A stretch of 64,000 nt of DNA from Antechinus flavipes (lineage: Eukaryota). Shown piece by piece: positions 1-11,195 of the stretch. Position 1 is the first letter of the stretch. Each line of letters begins with the position of its first letter. The stretch lies in assembly GCF_016432865.1 (NCBI RefSeq), contig NC_067400.1, positions 61,070,001-61,134,000 on the forward strand. The letters are read 5' to 3'. The position numbers were made by a program, and so were the translations under genes. Under the pieces are notes generated by a model. It was not told the DNA's origin and did not search any database. It saw only the letters and a program-made list of their open reading frames with translations.

Positions 1-80
1 AAAAATCGTCCAAAACACTCGGCAAGACAAATTTAATTAAACGTGGCTGAAGGAAAGAATCAACTGTGAGGTCCCTGAAA

Positions 81-176
81 AGCCTCCCTCCCTTAAATCC
101 AATTCACTTGCATGTCATGGCATCACCTCCCTGATGTCATGCTCCTCTTCAAAGGAAGGACAAACAACAATAACAA
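81..176 (+). mobile_element. 3' end of marsupial RTE-derived SINE (WALLSI/RTESINE-like)
   Basis: agcctccctcccttaaatccaattcacttgcatgtcatggcatcacctccctgatgtcatg...gaaggacaaacaacaa is the reverse complement of the element at 41950-42112 and ends in a (CAA)n-type RTE tail. Confidence 0.75.
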
Positions 177-2475
177 TTTATTCCCAGCCCCCAACCCAAG
201 TAATAATCTCTGATGAAGTCATGGGTATCAGAGAAGAAAAATTTAAATGACAAAGAATTTTTCCAATGCCAAATTAGTGTTGCTTTTTTTCACATGACTT
301 AAGATAGTTAAAATCAATGGAAATAAAAATTATTTTCTTTCATGGTGATTTTACTTTTATCATAATCCTTATCCCAAGTTCACATCTGTTTGCCTGGATA
401 CTGGTTGAGGGTCAGAGTATTTCATAGCAATGTTGATTTCCCTCTGATATTAGGGATAAAATCCTACCAAAAGAAGTTAAACATTTAAATTTTTTATTCC
501 TGTTGAAAATTATGTCAATTATTTCTATTCATTTCTTGATGCCTTGGAAAGAAAGAAAAATCTATATTGGGTGAGATGAGCCGGGGAGGGGACTGGGCAA
601 GAGATTTTTTGGGAAAAAAGCTTAAATCCAAGAAAGAGGTATAGAGAGAAGTCCTAGTAGAGGCTTCAGAACTCTGGGGGCAGGTTCCGCCCCAATTGTT
701 TTTTCAATGGGTCTACTGTGACAGGATAAATACAAGAAAAGGGGAAAGGTCACATGCTTCCTCATCCATCTTCCTTGGGTGCTTGGAGGTCAGAGCTAAG
801 ATTGATTAAGATCTTAAATGTTTGACAAAGGATTGGTGGGCAAAAATGGCCATGTGGCTGGGGGCCTGTGGTGTCCTGTTGTTTGAGACCTAACCTTAGT
901 CATCTGGTGGAGTCTTCAAGGGACCTTGGGGACAAAACTACATTTCCTCTTGCCGTTCTTACCTACAAGCAGTACATGCTAATGGAGGCCAAGAATGAAG
1001 AGACATGTCAAAAGTTTAGAAGGTGATTGTTGGTTTGCCCCCCAAAGCAGCTGCAAGTTCATTCTAGCTTCTGCTCTCGAATAACATTTTCTGAAATGAT
1101 TTTGTTCAGTTGTACTTAGACAACAAAGGCTGTTAAATAACTCTTCTGCCCTCTCAAGGAGAATGGATGACTGGAGTTGGCAGTTTGAACTTGGGGAAGG
1201 AGGACTTGGTACTGAAGAAAATTGTGCTGCTGAAACCTTGTCATACTGTCAAAAAAAGGAGAAAGAAATCTACCTTAACTCTCCCTATTTTTCTCTCTTT
1301 GAGGAAATATTCCAGATGTTTTACAGTGGTTTTTCATTACTTAAGAAATATTAAGCAATTCTATTAAAAAGTATGGGAATTGGAAGAAAAGAGACTTAAA
1401 ATTTTTTTTTGCAAAGTTTGTAAACTGAGAAGTGAATCTAAAGACATAAATATTTACTCTTTTTGCTTTCTACAACTTTAATAAACAATATTTTAGGAAA
1501 AACTCCATGAAGAACACTGGGAGCAACCTAGGAAATTCTTTTATGTGATGACTGTCTGAAGGCCAATATGATTATAGTTTTGGGAGTAAAGTTAACCTGG
1601 ACAGAAATTTAACCTTACTTTAATTGCATTATTTTGATTATGGGACTTGTTTTGTATCTTAGTCATATACACTTTGTGTGTGTGTGTGGGGGGGGGGATG
1701 TGGGAAAGCTTTTTTTTTTTTTAATTAAAAACCTTTATTTTAAAACTAGCAGAAAAATAAAGGACCCTTAGGTATATCCTAGCAATTAAGGATAACTTTG
1801 AGTTTATAAAATTGAATATTTCAATTTTATAGTATTTTGCTCAAGAGAAATCAATATTAAGAAAATCAATACTTTGTTTTTCTAAAACAATAGTGGGCTT
1901 TGGGAGAAGGAATGGTGAGAAAGTATTTAAAATATAGTTCATTCAGAGAGCTGTATTTTCATATCCTTGCTATTTTTTTTTTTTTGACATTTTTCTTTTA
2001 CCTTTGATAAGTGTCCTTAGGAAGCAATCACTTGAAGAACATGGTTGCTTTTATCTCAGAGCCTTTGAAACATACCTATGATCGTTGAAAGGAGAATTTC
2101 ATTTTATATGTCAGAAGAGCAGGATTTAATTATGATCCTTCCCTGCCCCCTCTCCTTATGCCTTTTTCTTCTGCTTGTGACCAGATTTTTGTAGGACTGA
2201 GATAATGACCCATTCTAGTTACACCAAATATGATGTAGCCAATCTTTCATTTAGCTGGTCATTTAGGAGTTTTGTATTTCTCTCCCCCTCTTCCCCACTA
2301 GCTTCTTTATACCTCACAAAGAAATCCTAAGCTAAATAAAACAAAAGCAACCCACAATAAATTAAACTTTGATAGGTCTAAGAGGATGTGTTAAAGCTTG
2401 GGAAAGGATTAAATCAATTCAATTACAAATTTATGATTTAGATAATCTTGCTAAAAGTGTCTCCCTTCTTTCCAG

Positions 2476-2815
2476 TAGAATGTAAACTCCCTGAGGTTAA
2501 GAACCATTCCTATTTTGTATTTGTATTGCCAATGCCTATTTTGCAGCTAGTAAGCATTGAATAAAATATTCTTTAGATTGGGTTGATTTGGATTGAATTG
2601 GGATAGAGCCTTTCAATTAAACTGTCCTATTTGCTATTTCCCCTCCTGCCTCTGGAATTTTTTAGACAGATTGTTCTCCACAACCTAGAATGCCATCCCT
2701 TTTCACCTCTGTCTTTTGGAATCCCTGTACCCCTTCAAGCTAAGGTGCTATCTCCTACATGAGACCTATCTTGATTCTCCAGTGTTAATTCTCTTCTTAA
2801 TATTATATGTTGGAT
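2476..2815 (+). mobile_element. L2 LINE 3' fragments
   Basis: tagaatgtaaactccctgagg...tttgtatttgtatt...aataaa tail, plus a fragment with cctagaatgccatccc...cccttcaagct, both typical of decayed L2 3' ends. Confidence 0.6.
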
Positions 2816-3399
2816 TGGGGTATATCACCCGAATCTGGATATGAACTTTGACTCTTTGGTGAGATGACACAGGAAACTCGTGATTGGTTCCCAGTGATTG
2901 GATTTATCCTGAATGTGAATAAAGATTGAAAGTCTGAGTGGATGAAGCCGAATTGAGGAATATCCCCCATCTGTAGTTCTTAAGATCTTGTGCTTATTCT
3001 GCAGTTTTTATTATCATGTGGGGGTGGGGCAACCCACCTTTTCCTGAATGTTCAAGGTGATTAAAGTGCTGTGCAAAGGAAGAGGAGTACAGAAGTGAAA
3101 AAAGGATAGAATGTTTTTTTGAGAATGTTTCTATCAATGTTTGGTGTTAACCCCTTGTCATTTTCACAGGATATATGCCCTGTCCCCCTCCAGCCCCCAC
3201 CCCCCAGCAGCAAAAAGCCAGACTTCATGCCTCATACCTCAATCTAGCAAACCAGAGGTTTGTCTCCCAGTGACCATGTACTGCATAAAGAGGGAATTTA
3301 ATAAGTGCTTCTTTAGATGAATGAATGTGTTTCTGAATCACTAAATATTTATCAGAACGCCTTCTTCATTAACAAAGCTAGTTGTATTATAATATTGAT

Positions 3400-3635
3400 G
3401 CAGCTAGGGGGAGCAGTGGGTAGAGCACTGGACCAGAAGTCAGGAAGACTTGAAAATCTCATTTCAGACACTTACCTGGGAAAGTCACTTTTTGTCTGTC
3501 TCGATTTCATCATCTGTAAAATGGGGGCAACAATAGCAACCACCTCCCAAGATTATTGTGAGGATCAAATGAGACAATACTAGCAAAATACCTCAAAAAC
3601 CTAAAAGTACTATTTTAATGCTATTATAATTATTA
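3400..3635 (+). mobile_element. CORE-SINE (MIR/Ther-type)
   Basis: tRNA-like head gcagctaggggg...gtcaggaagac, CORE catctgtaaaatgggg...gtgaggatcaaatgaga, and tail. Confidence 0.8.
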
Positions 3636-6029
3636 ATAGCTTTTCTATGTGTACTTTGTGTTCTCTGTCTCTGTCTCTTTCCCTCCTTTCTTGCAGTGTA
3701 CCTATATGTTTAAATATACATCCATGCATATTTAAATATTATTTGTATAACTACATATTATTTTATATTTATACTTTATGTGTGTGATCATGTATATACA
3801 TATATTAATGCCAATGCATGTATGAATGCATAGAGAGATCAATCAGGAGTTCCCTCTGTCATTTTCATAATTCACATGACTCACTGCAAAGAGCTGGAGA
3901 TTACATCTAGCTCTAAGAGAGTTGCCTTAATCTAGTAAACCAGTTTCCTCTGCCTCACAAGATGCACTGCATAGAGTAGAAGCTTAATAAATACTTTTTT
4001 TGCTGAATGAATGAACTTTTTATATGTATGTATACATACATATACATATAAAGTATATGAATGACCTTGTAGATACATATATGTATATATAACACGTAAT
4101 AAACATAGAAATGGAAGGGGGGAAAGAGAGATGGATGCATGCATGAAAGAGTAATGGTCTCCTCTGTACAGAATAAGTATACTCAGAAAAAGTACTAATA
4201 ATTATAATAGAATATACACATATCTAACACATATATTCCTAAAATGTATAGGGAGGGGCATTGAAAGTAGGGAACATACAAGACAACTAATATGCTACTG
4301 GCTAACTATTAGATCAAGCATCTTTCCTTCATGTAGTTATGCCTTGGGATTCATGGGAAAGTAATGTATCTGAATCTCTGCAATAATAAAGAATCCCACA
4401 GGAGTATTGTGTGTGTAGTTCTTATATACAAAGACCCCCATAGTGCTTTCATGTTGAAAGGCAGGGACCTATAGCATTTCCTCTTCAGTGACTAAAACTA
4501 CACAGTATGGAACTATATAGATTTGGTAACCCCACCTTTACACAATGTAGATGATTCAAAGAAATAATTCAGGCCCCAGAATGGATTTTTGGGTGTAAGA
4601 TATCTGATTTTGTTGGCTGCATTGATCAGATCAGAGGGATCATTGCCCATTCCCATTACATCCTCTGTAAGCACAGTTTAAATTTCTATTTCTTTGCGAC
4701 AGGCTGTGCTGCCATTTCGGATCTTTCAGACTTGAATTAGACTTGAATTTACCGTTACAATGTGATTGATAAACAACACTTTCATCAAAATAATTCAAAA
4801 CTTGGTCATCTCTAAAAGGAAATTTAGGAATGGGAAAGCTTTAGAAAGAGTTTAGGACACAACTCTATTTGTTCAGCATTTATGATGTGCCCATACAATT
4901 AGACACATAGATCATGGCTGCTTAAGTACTATTTATTTTTGTTCAATAACATGGTTCAATGATCTTTGATTTTTATTGCTCTTGTAAGACAAAATGATAA
5001 AGGCAACTCTTGGCTGTAGCCTTGTCTCTTTGGAGATTAGCTTTTTCACTAGTGGTACAAACCTTGCTCATTGCATCCCATTATGGTTGGTCCTTTTGAT
5101 ATATCTTTAGGGAGAGCAGGTGAGGTCACAGAATTTCATGATCCAGGAGACAATTAACACTCCCATGACTAAAAGGACATTTTATGAATATTCAGACCTT
5201 GTTCAGCTCCCTGGGAAACAGAAAACGTTGGTAGGCCTCGTCCTTCCCACTGGGGCCTCTGAAAGTTTTTGTGTGGGTGTGAATGGGGATTGTCAGCTGT
5301 CTGGCCAGTCTTCCCTTTTCAAGCAGCAGATTCCTCATTTGCATATTTTGTATACACCCTCATGCAAAACAGCACACCCATTTCCCCCTTTCACAAAAGA
5401 GATAAGAGCTTCCTTTGGAAACCCTAGCCAAAATCCCCTTCTGTTTATGCAGAACCCCTTGATTTGGATTCCATGCAAATTAATTCGGTTTTGATTTTAA
5501 TGCTTTGTTGAAGAGATTGGGGGTGGAGGTTGGGGGCAGGGAGTTGTCCCTATTTGCACAGGACTCCTTTTGTCCCTGGGGGTCTTAGCTTTGCCCCATC
5601 CCTGGGTTTCACTCTCTCCCGCCCTACCAAGTGACAGAACCCCTTGCTGCTCATTTTATTTTGACCTTTGGGAAAGAGCCGCATATTGGAGAATCCTTCC
5701 AGCCTGTCTATGCCAGGACTGCTTCAGCTGTAGGCTTTGGTGTTGGCTCTCTGGTGGAGATTGGTGGGAGGAGATGGCCGAGTTCAAACATTTGTCTTTT
5801 GGCCTGGGATGCTGACAGGTATCTGCCAGCAAAACTTGAAAGTATATTATAAAGTGAAAGGTTACAACTGATTCTTTAGAGAGAAATATCACTGCATTTC
5901 AGAAACCATCAAAAGGATCTGGGAGTGGAATGGTGGGAGTGTGATGAGTAACACTGAAATGTTTATGAATGTTCCTGGATTCTTTCATGCATTTATTATG
6001 TATCTCATTATTTTCATTTTGCAGCTCCA

Positions 6030-6140
6030 AATAAAATGTCAGCTTCTTGTGGACAGGTTTTGATATAGCATTTCTTTATTATCTCAGCACTTGGGATAGC
6101 ACCTGGACCATATACAGGCTTAATAAATGATTGTTGATTA
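6030..6140 (+). mobile_element. L2 3' tail
   Basis: aaaatgtcagcttcttgtggacagg...cagcacttgggatagcacctgg...gcttaataaatgattgttgatt. Confidence 0.6.
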
Positions 6141-9100
6141 ACTATATTCAAACAATTGAAATAAATCCTGTTATTTAAGGATTCCCTTTTCTGAAATCCC
6201 TACTGTCAAAATGACTTCAATTTATTTCTTTATAATATTTTTTCCAAATTTGTTGAACTATTAGTACTTTAAGTAGCCTACTGTGGGAGTGAGTGACATG
6301 GGTACCCACGCTGCAGTGGACTGCCCATGTTTTTCATTTATCTCTGGTATGTTGCTCCTCTGGAAAGGCTATGATTATTGGCATCTAATAAACAAAAGGA
6401 TAGGATTGTGGAGAGAGTTTTTTGAAGTCTAGTGAGTGGAGGTTGAAACTAATTTCACAGGGTGCCGAAGATGGGCTCAGCTTGCAGCACGATTAAGTGA
6501 AGGATGCAAGGTCAGCTAACACATCCTGCAAGAATGGAAAAGCTTCAGTTGAACTCTACCATCCTTTGAAAAACTTTGCTGGTACTGTTCAAAGTCCATT
6601 TGGGATGGATTATTAGGATTAAAGAACAGCAGAAGGCTCCTCTATATTTGATATTTGCTCTGGTGTCATTAGTGGATAAGAAAATTCAGCTGATTTATCT
6701 GGCTTTCTTTTCTATAGCTGGATTTAAACCGACCCTCTCTTCACAAAGGTGATCCTGCTAACCTTCTCTTAATAAGTTACAGATCTCAAATTGTTCCAAA
6801 TCCTTAAAATGCCATTTGAAGTAAAGTTGATTGATAATTATCATTTCCCCTCTCTGTGTGCAGATATTTTCAGAGCACCAGTACAAAGCTGTGGTACAGT
6901 TTCTTAATTGCCCAGATAATCCTGTTTGCTTGTATTTTTAAACTATGAAGTGCTGGGTAATTATTCAATTCTTATTAGAAGGCAAATGGCAGTGTAAACA
7001 ATAATTAGGATGTTAGACAGACTAATACGCTTCAAAGCAAATTGGATTTTTTTTTTCATACTGTTCAGCATGAAGTCCCATAAAGCCAACAATTTAGGAG
7101 CCAGGCAAAAAAAAGCTCCATTTTGTTCATATTTTATGGTGTTATCTCTTCATGGCTTGTTTCTGTGAATAGCAGTTTGCACCAGTGAAAATGCCTGTTC
7201 CAAAGCCAAATGTTTCTTTAACAATCGGTTCCCTGCTGCTTGACATTTGGCTACAGTCTCCCATGGTTCCAGATTTGTTCTTTGTCTGCTTTAGTTCCAT
7301 AGGGTCAGAGGTTAACAGAATACTGATTTCCTTCCATAATACCATGGCAGGTAAATATGGATAAACCGCATGATTAGTTAAGACGCAGCTCACTTTGGAA
7401 TGCCTTTCTATTGGGCTTTTGAACACAAGAACATCTCCCTTTTAAGATCAGAAGTTTCCCAGCTATTGCATCAGAAGAGTAGATTCCTTCATAGGATTCC
7501 AATTTCCAGTCACTTCTCCCAGGAACTACCACCATTCGTAACTAGCATGTCCCTAGAAATGTATGACCCCAAAGCTGTGAGCAAATCATTGCTTTTGATG
7601 AATTAATTTTGCAAACTTAATATGATAATACACTCTCCAATCTTAAGACACTTAATTATGTCTTGTAGTCATATCTGTTCCTTATGTTTCATTGATGGAA
7701 TAATAAGCAGATAACAAAGGGAGGAGACAAAGATACTTTAATAATGTTGCTGTCACTTTTTTGTCTGTCTGGCTTTCATGGTGTGTTTCCAATCAGAGGT
7801 GTAATTAAATGAACAATCAGCTTTATTTCTCATTATCAACACTTTAAGGATAGGTTCAGGCATTCATCAGTATCAATGCTGTTAATGAATTACAGCAATT
7901 TAATTACAGCTAGTTTAATTTTTATCCTAAGGAGAACAGGTGGCTGGAAACAAGATCAATGCAAGCTTTTACCAGGTTATAGGGGTTTTTGTTTTTGTTT
8001 TTTTCTTAATTCTTATTAGTTATATTGTACACATTATCTTTAGAGGTCGCTTAATAATATCTTTTAATCCTAGTGGGTTCTTGCCTTGTGAGATTTGTGT
8101 GTGTGTGTGTATTGTGTGTGTGTTAAGCTTTGCTTTTTCAAGTATTAAATGCATTGTAAAATACTGTATCAGCTTGGCCCCCTGGGGGAAAAAAATCAAC
8201 AATATTGGCCTATGAACTTGGTCCTTGAATTCATTTGTTTTCAGTTTTAAGTGTTTTCTGTGGTTGAAAAAGACATCTGCACTTTGAAAACAGTTTCCTT
8301 TTGAAGTGTCCAGCCTGGCTGTGATTGAAACAGCCCTAAGCAAATTAGCATGTTAAAAGAATTGGATCAATATCTTCCCCTAGTCCCACCCTTCTCCTCT
8401 CTTCCGAGGGGGAAAGAGTTAGAAGCCTTCGAGGAGGCCTTTGACTGATGTGCCAGTATGTTTCAAGAGGATTTTCGATTGCTGGGTGGGTAACATTGAC
8501 AGCTTGATCTAGAGCCCAGACTGTGTCTAGGATGGCCATTTGAAAACAGATGCAAAGAAAATTGACAGCTCCAGGAAAACTCAAGCATTTCATGTAATTA
8601 TAGAGAGGATTAGAAGAAAACTGTTGGGAGAAATAGGAGATCAATACAAGGGTACTCGGAGTCTGAACTTCTCTTTAATTGTTCAAGTACTCAATTTTGT
8701 ACCACTTACCCTGTGCATAGGGAAGAATATTTTATAGGTCGGTGGGTGTTTTTTTTTTTTTTGAAGGGCATATAAACCTAACTATAGGAGAGAAAAAAAC
8801 AAATAGGCAGCTACTGATTTCATAGAAATGTACTGAGTGCAGTTATATGTAATTAACAGTAAAATGCTTCCCCCACTTAAGACAAGATGCAAAGGTGCTA
8901 ATTAACTAATGGTAGAAGTTGTGATTTCATTACTGCATGTTCCTTAACAAGGTGCTGTTACTGTAGTGCAGCTGGAAATATTTATTCATTCACTGTTCCT
9001 TTGTAAAATACCTTTTAAAAAAAACTGTACTTTAGATTCATTCCCCCCCATTTGAAAATCTTTGAAATCAGATTTCTCTTCAGTTATGATGTGAAAGGCT

Positions 9101-9214
9101 ATTAGTTGTTACTCTTATGATTTTTATGAAAAATATTAGAGTTGCCAATAAAATACATTTTTGTGCAGTAAGATACAGGATTGGAAAAATGTCAGCTTTT
9201 GATAGTCTAGGAGA

Positions 9215-9428
9215 CAACAGGACTTGGAATTTCACTAATATAGAGAAGTTTCTGATGAGGAAATTACCTTCTACCAACTCAAAGCAGTATCTCTGTGATT
9301 TATTGTCTTATAGAATTGCCTAAAACATTAAGAAGTTTGACTTGCCCAGGGTCACACAGCCAATATATATCAAAAGCTGGACTTGACTCCATTTATCTTA
9401 GTCTGAAATCAGAGCTCTAGCCATTATG
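9215..9428 (-). mobile_element. Marsupial CORE-SINE with non-L2 tail (Mar1b/Mar3-type; name uncertain)
   Basis: Antisense head/core gacttgcccagggtcacacagcc...ctggacttgactcc. The tail resembles the copies at 62615-63110. Confidence 0.65.
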
Positions 9429-10394
9429 GCTAAAAGTCGATCTTGAAAGCATCTTATTCATGCCATATGGGTATTTCTTTGATCTTAGTTAGGGAATTTG
9501 TTGTGCTACCTAAAAGAACCATACCAATTTAAAATGTAATCACAAAAAATAAACTTGTATTATTGGTAAATCTTTTTTGTTTGCCATTAAGATTGTCATA
9601 AAGACATTTAATTTGGGTGGCAGGGGGAACTGTTGAAAGGGAAACCTAGAAGATAAGAATTTAACAATTTGACTGATACTATATTCTGATTTATAGATTT
9701 ATATATATCTTCATATAGATTTTTAGATTTATATGTAGATATATTTAGAACATATATACATATATTTTATATATCACAATAATAGAAATAAGTACATTAA
9801 CCTATTATAGCCTGATTACAAAATCTCTGTAGACCTCCCAAATTTCTGACTCTGTACTTACCACATCAACTCCTGATCTTAAAATATCTTTTTTTTTTCC
9901 AAATAGAATTTTCTGCTAGAAAAAAGATATGTGCTTACTAGCTCATAGGAACATTCATATCTGTTTGAAAGTTGTCTATTTTATGTAAATTAAGAAATTG
10001 ACATTCTAGTTTATTATTCAGTTTCTTGAATTTGTCTAGTGCTATCCAGACTCTTAGAATTTGATTGTCCTTGAATGAACTGATAAAAAGGAGTTTCTGA
10101 ATGTGCAAAGTTGAAAGCCAGACCCTGGACATTGGTGATTTCATTGGGGTGCACATATATACCATGAAACTCAGAAATCATTAGGTACAAGGCTGACATT
10201 ACTTCAGTGGTATCATTGGTGATGTGATTAGAATCTTAGGTCCTTTGAAGGACAAACAACAACAACATATCAAAGTATTTGTATTTGAGTAAGGCAAGTT
10301 TTCAGTTGAGTTTTATTAAACTGAGTTTTATTCAACCTACTTTTGTTTAGGCATTTCTGGAGATTGGACATCTGCAAGACTGAATGCCACAAGT

Positions 10395-10525
10395 TTTAAG
10401 ATCACTGATTCAGAGATAGAAGTGACTTGGCAGATTTTCTAGTCTTTGTCTTTCATTTTATAGAAATCTGAGACCTGGAGAAATCAAATGACTTGTCCAA
10501 AGTTATGCAGTTATGTGGCAGAGGG
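10395..10525 (-). mobile_element. MIR3-like SINE fragment
   Basis: tttcatttttatagaaatctgagacctggagaaatcaaatgacttgtccaaagtt is an antisense CORE. Confidence 0.55.
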
Positions 10526-11087
10526 GAAAAGTATATACATATGCTCAACTATTCTGATAAATGACAGTTTAGATGTCATTGGGGGAAAAGTTGCTGTTTG
10601 GTTTTAAAGTTTCCATTTTTTCTTTTCTCACCAGAAAAAAGTTTGTTTGTTTGTTTGTTTTTAAAAAGACATATTTTAAAAAATTGTCTGTGGGTTTATA
10701 ATCTCATTGGGGTAGCCTTCCTAGGTAATGCTCATCACCCATCCATGACTTAATTTTGAATCATTCTTGCCCATATTTTTCCATAAATCCTCATCAGAGC
10801 ATCTAACCAAAATACTAGAGACTTTCTGGGTCTTTTAATATTTCATGTCTACCAGCTCAGCCCTGGGGATGCCTGTCTTTTGTCCCTTACTGTTACTGGC
10901 ATGCCTGGCCCACTTCCATTTATGATCATAAACTTCTTTAACAATATCCTCACACTATTTTTTTTCCCATGTCATGGTTGGTCATCTGATGTAATTGTAC
11001 CTAGTATACACACTCTTAAATTACCCTTTGGGCAGTCTGAAATTTTTACTTTTTTTAGAGCAAAGTGCAGTTTTGTAAAGGGGGGGG

Positions 11088-11195
11088 CAGAGACAGAGAG
11101 AGAGAGACACAGAGAGAGACAGAGACAGACAGAGAGAAAGAGAGGGGGGGGGGGAGGAAGGGAGAAAAAAAGAAAAAGAGAGAAGAAGAGAGGGG
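11088..11195. repeat. GA/GAGACA purine-rich simple repeat
   Basis: gagacagagagagagagacacagagagag...gggggggggggaggaagggagaaaa seen directly. Confidence 0.9.

Noticed and set aside
81-176. GC-richer block at the window start that first looked like a conserved element
   Set aside because: It is the reverse complement of the RTE-SINE copy at 41950-42112.
2932-2941. GTCTGAGTGG resembling the U3 snoRNA 3' end
   Set aside because: No other U3 sequence upstream, so this is a chance 10-mer.
7142-7426. 94-aa minus-strand ORF in the TE desert
   Set aside because: No recognisable domain and a weak start. Constraint here is better explained by regulatory or sense-strand splicing features.
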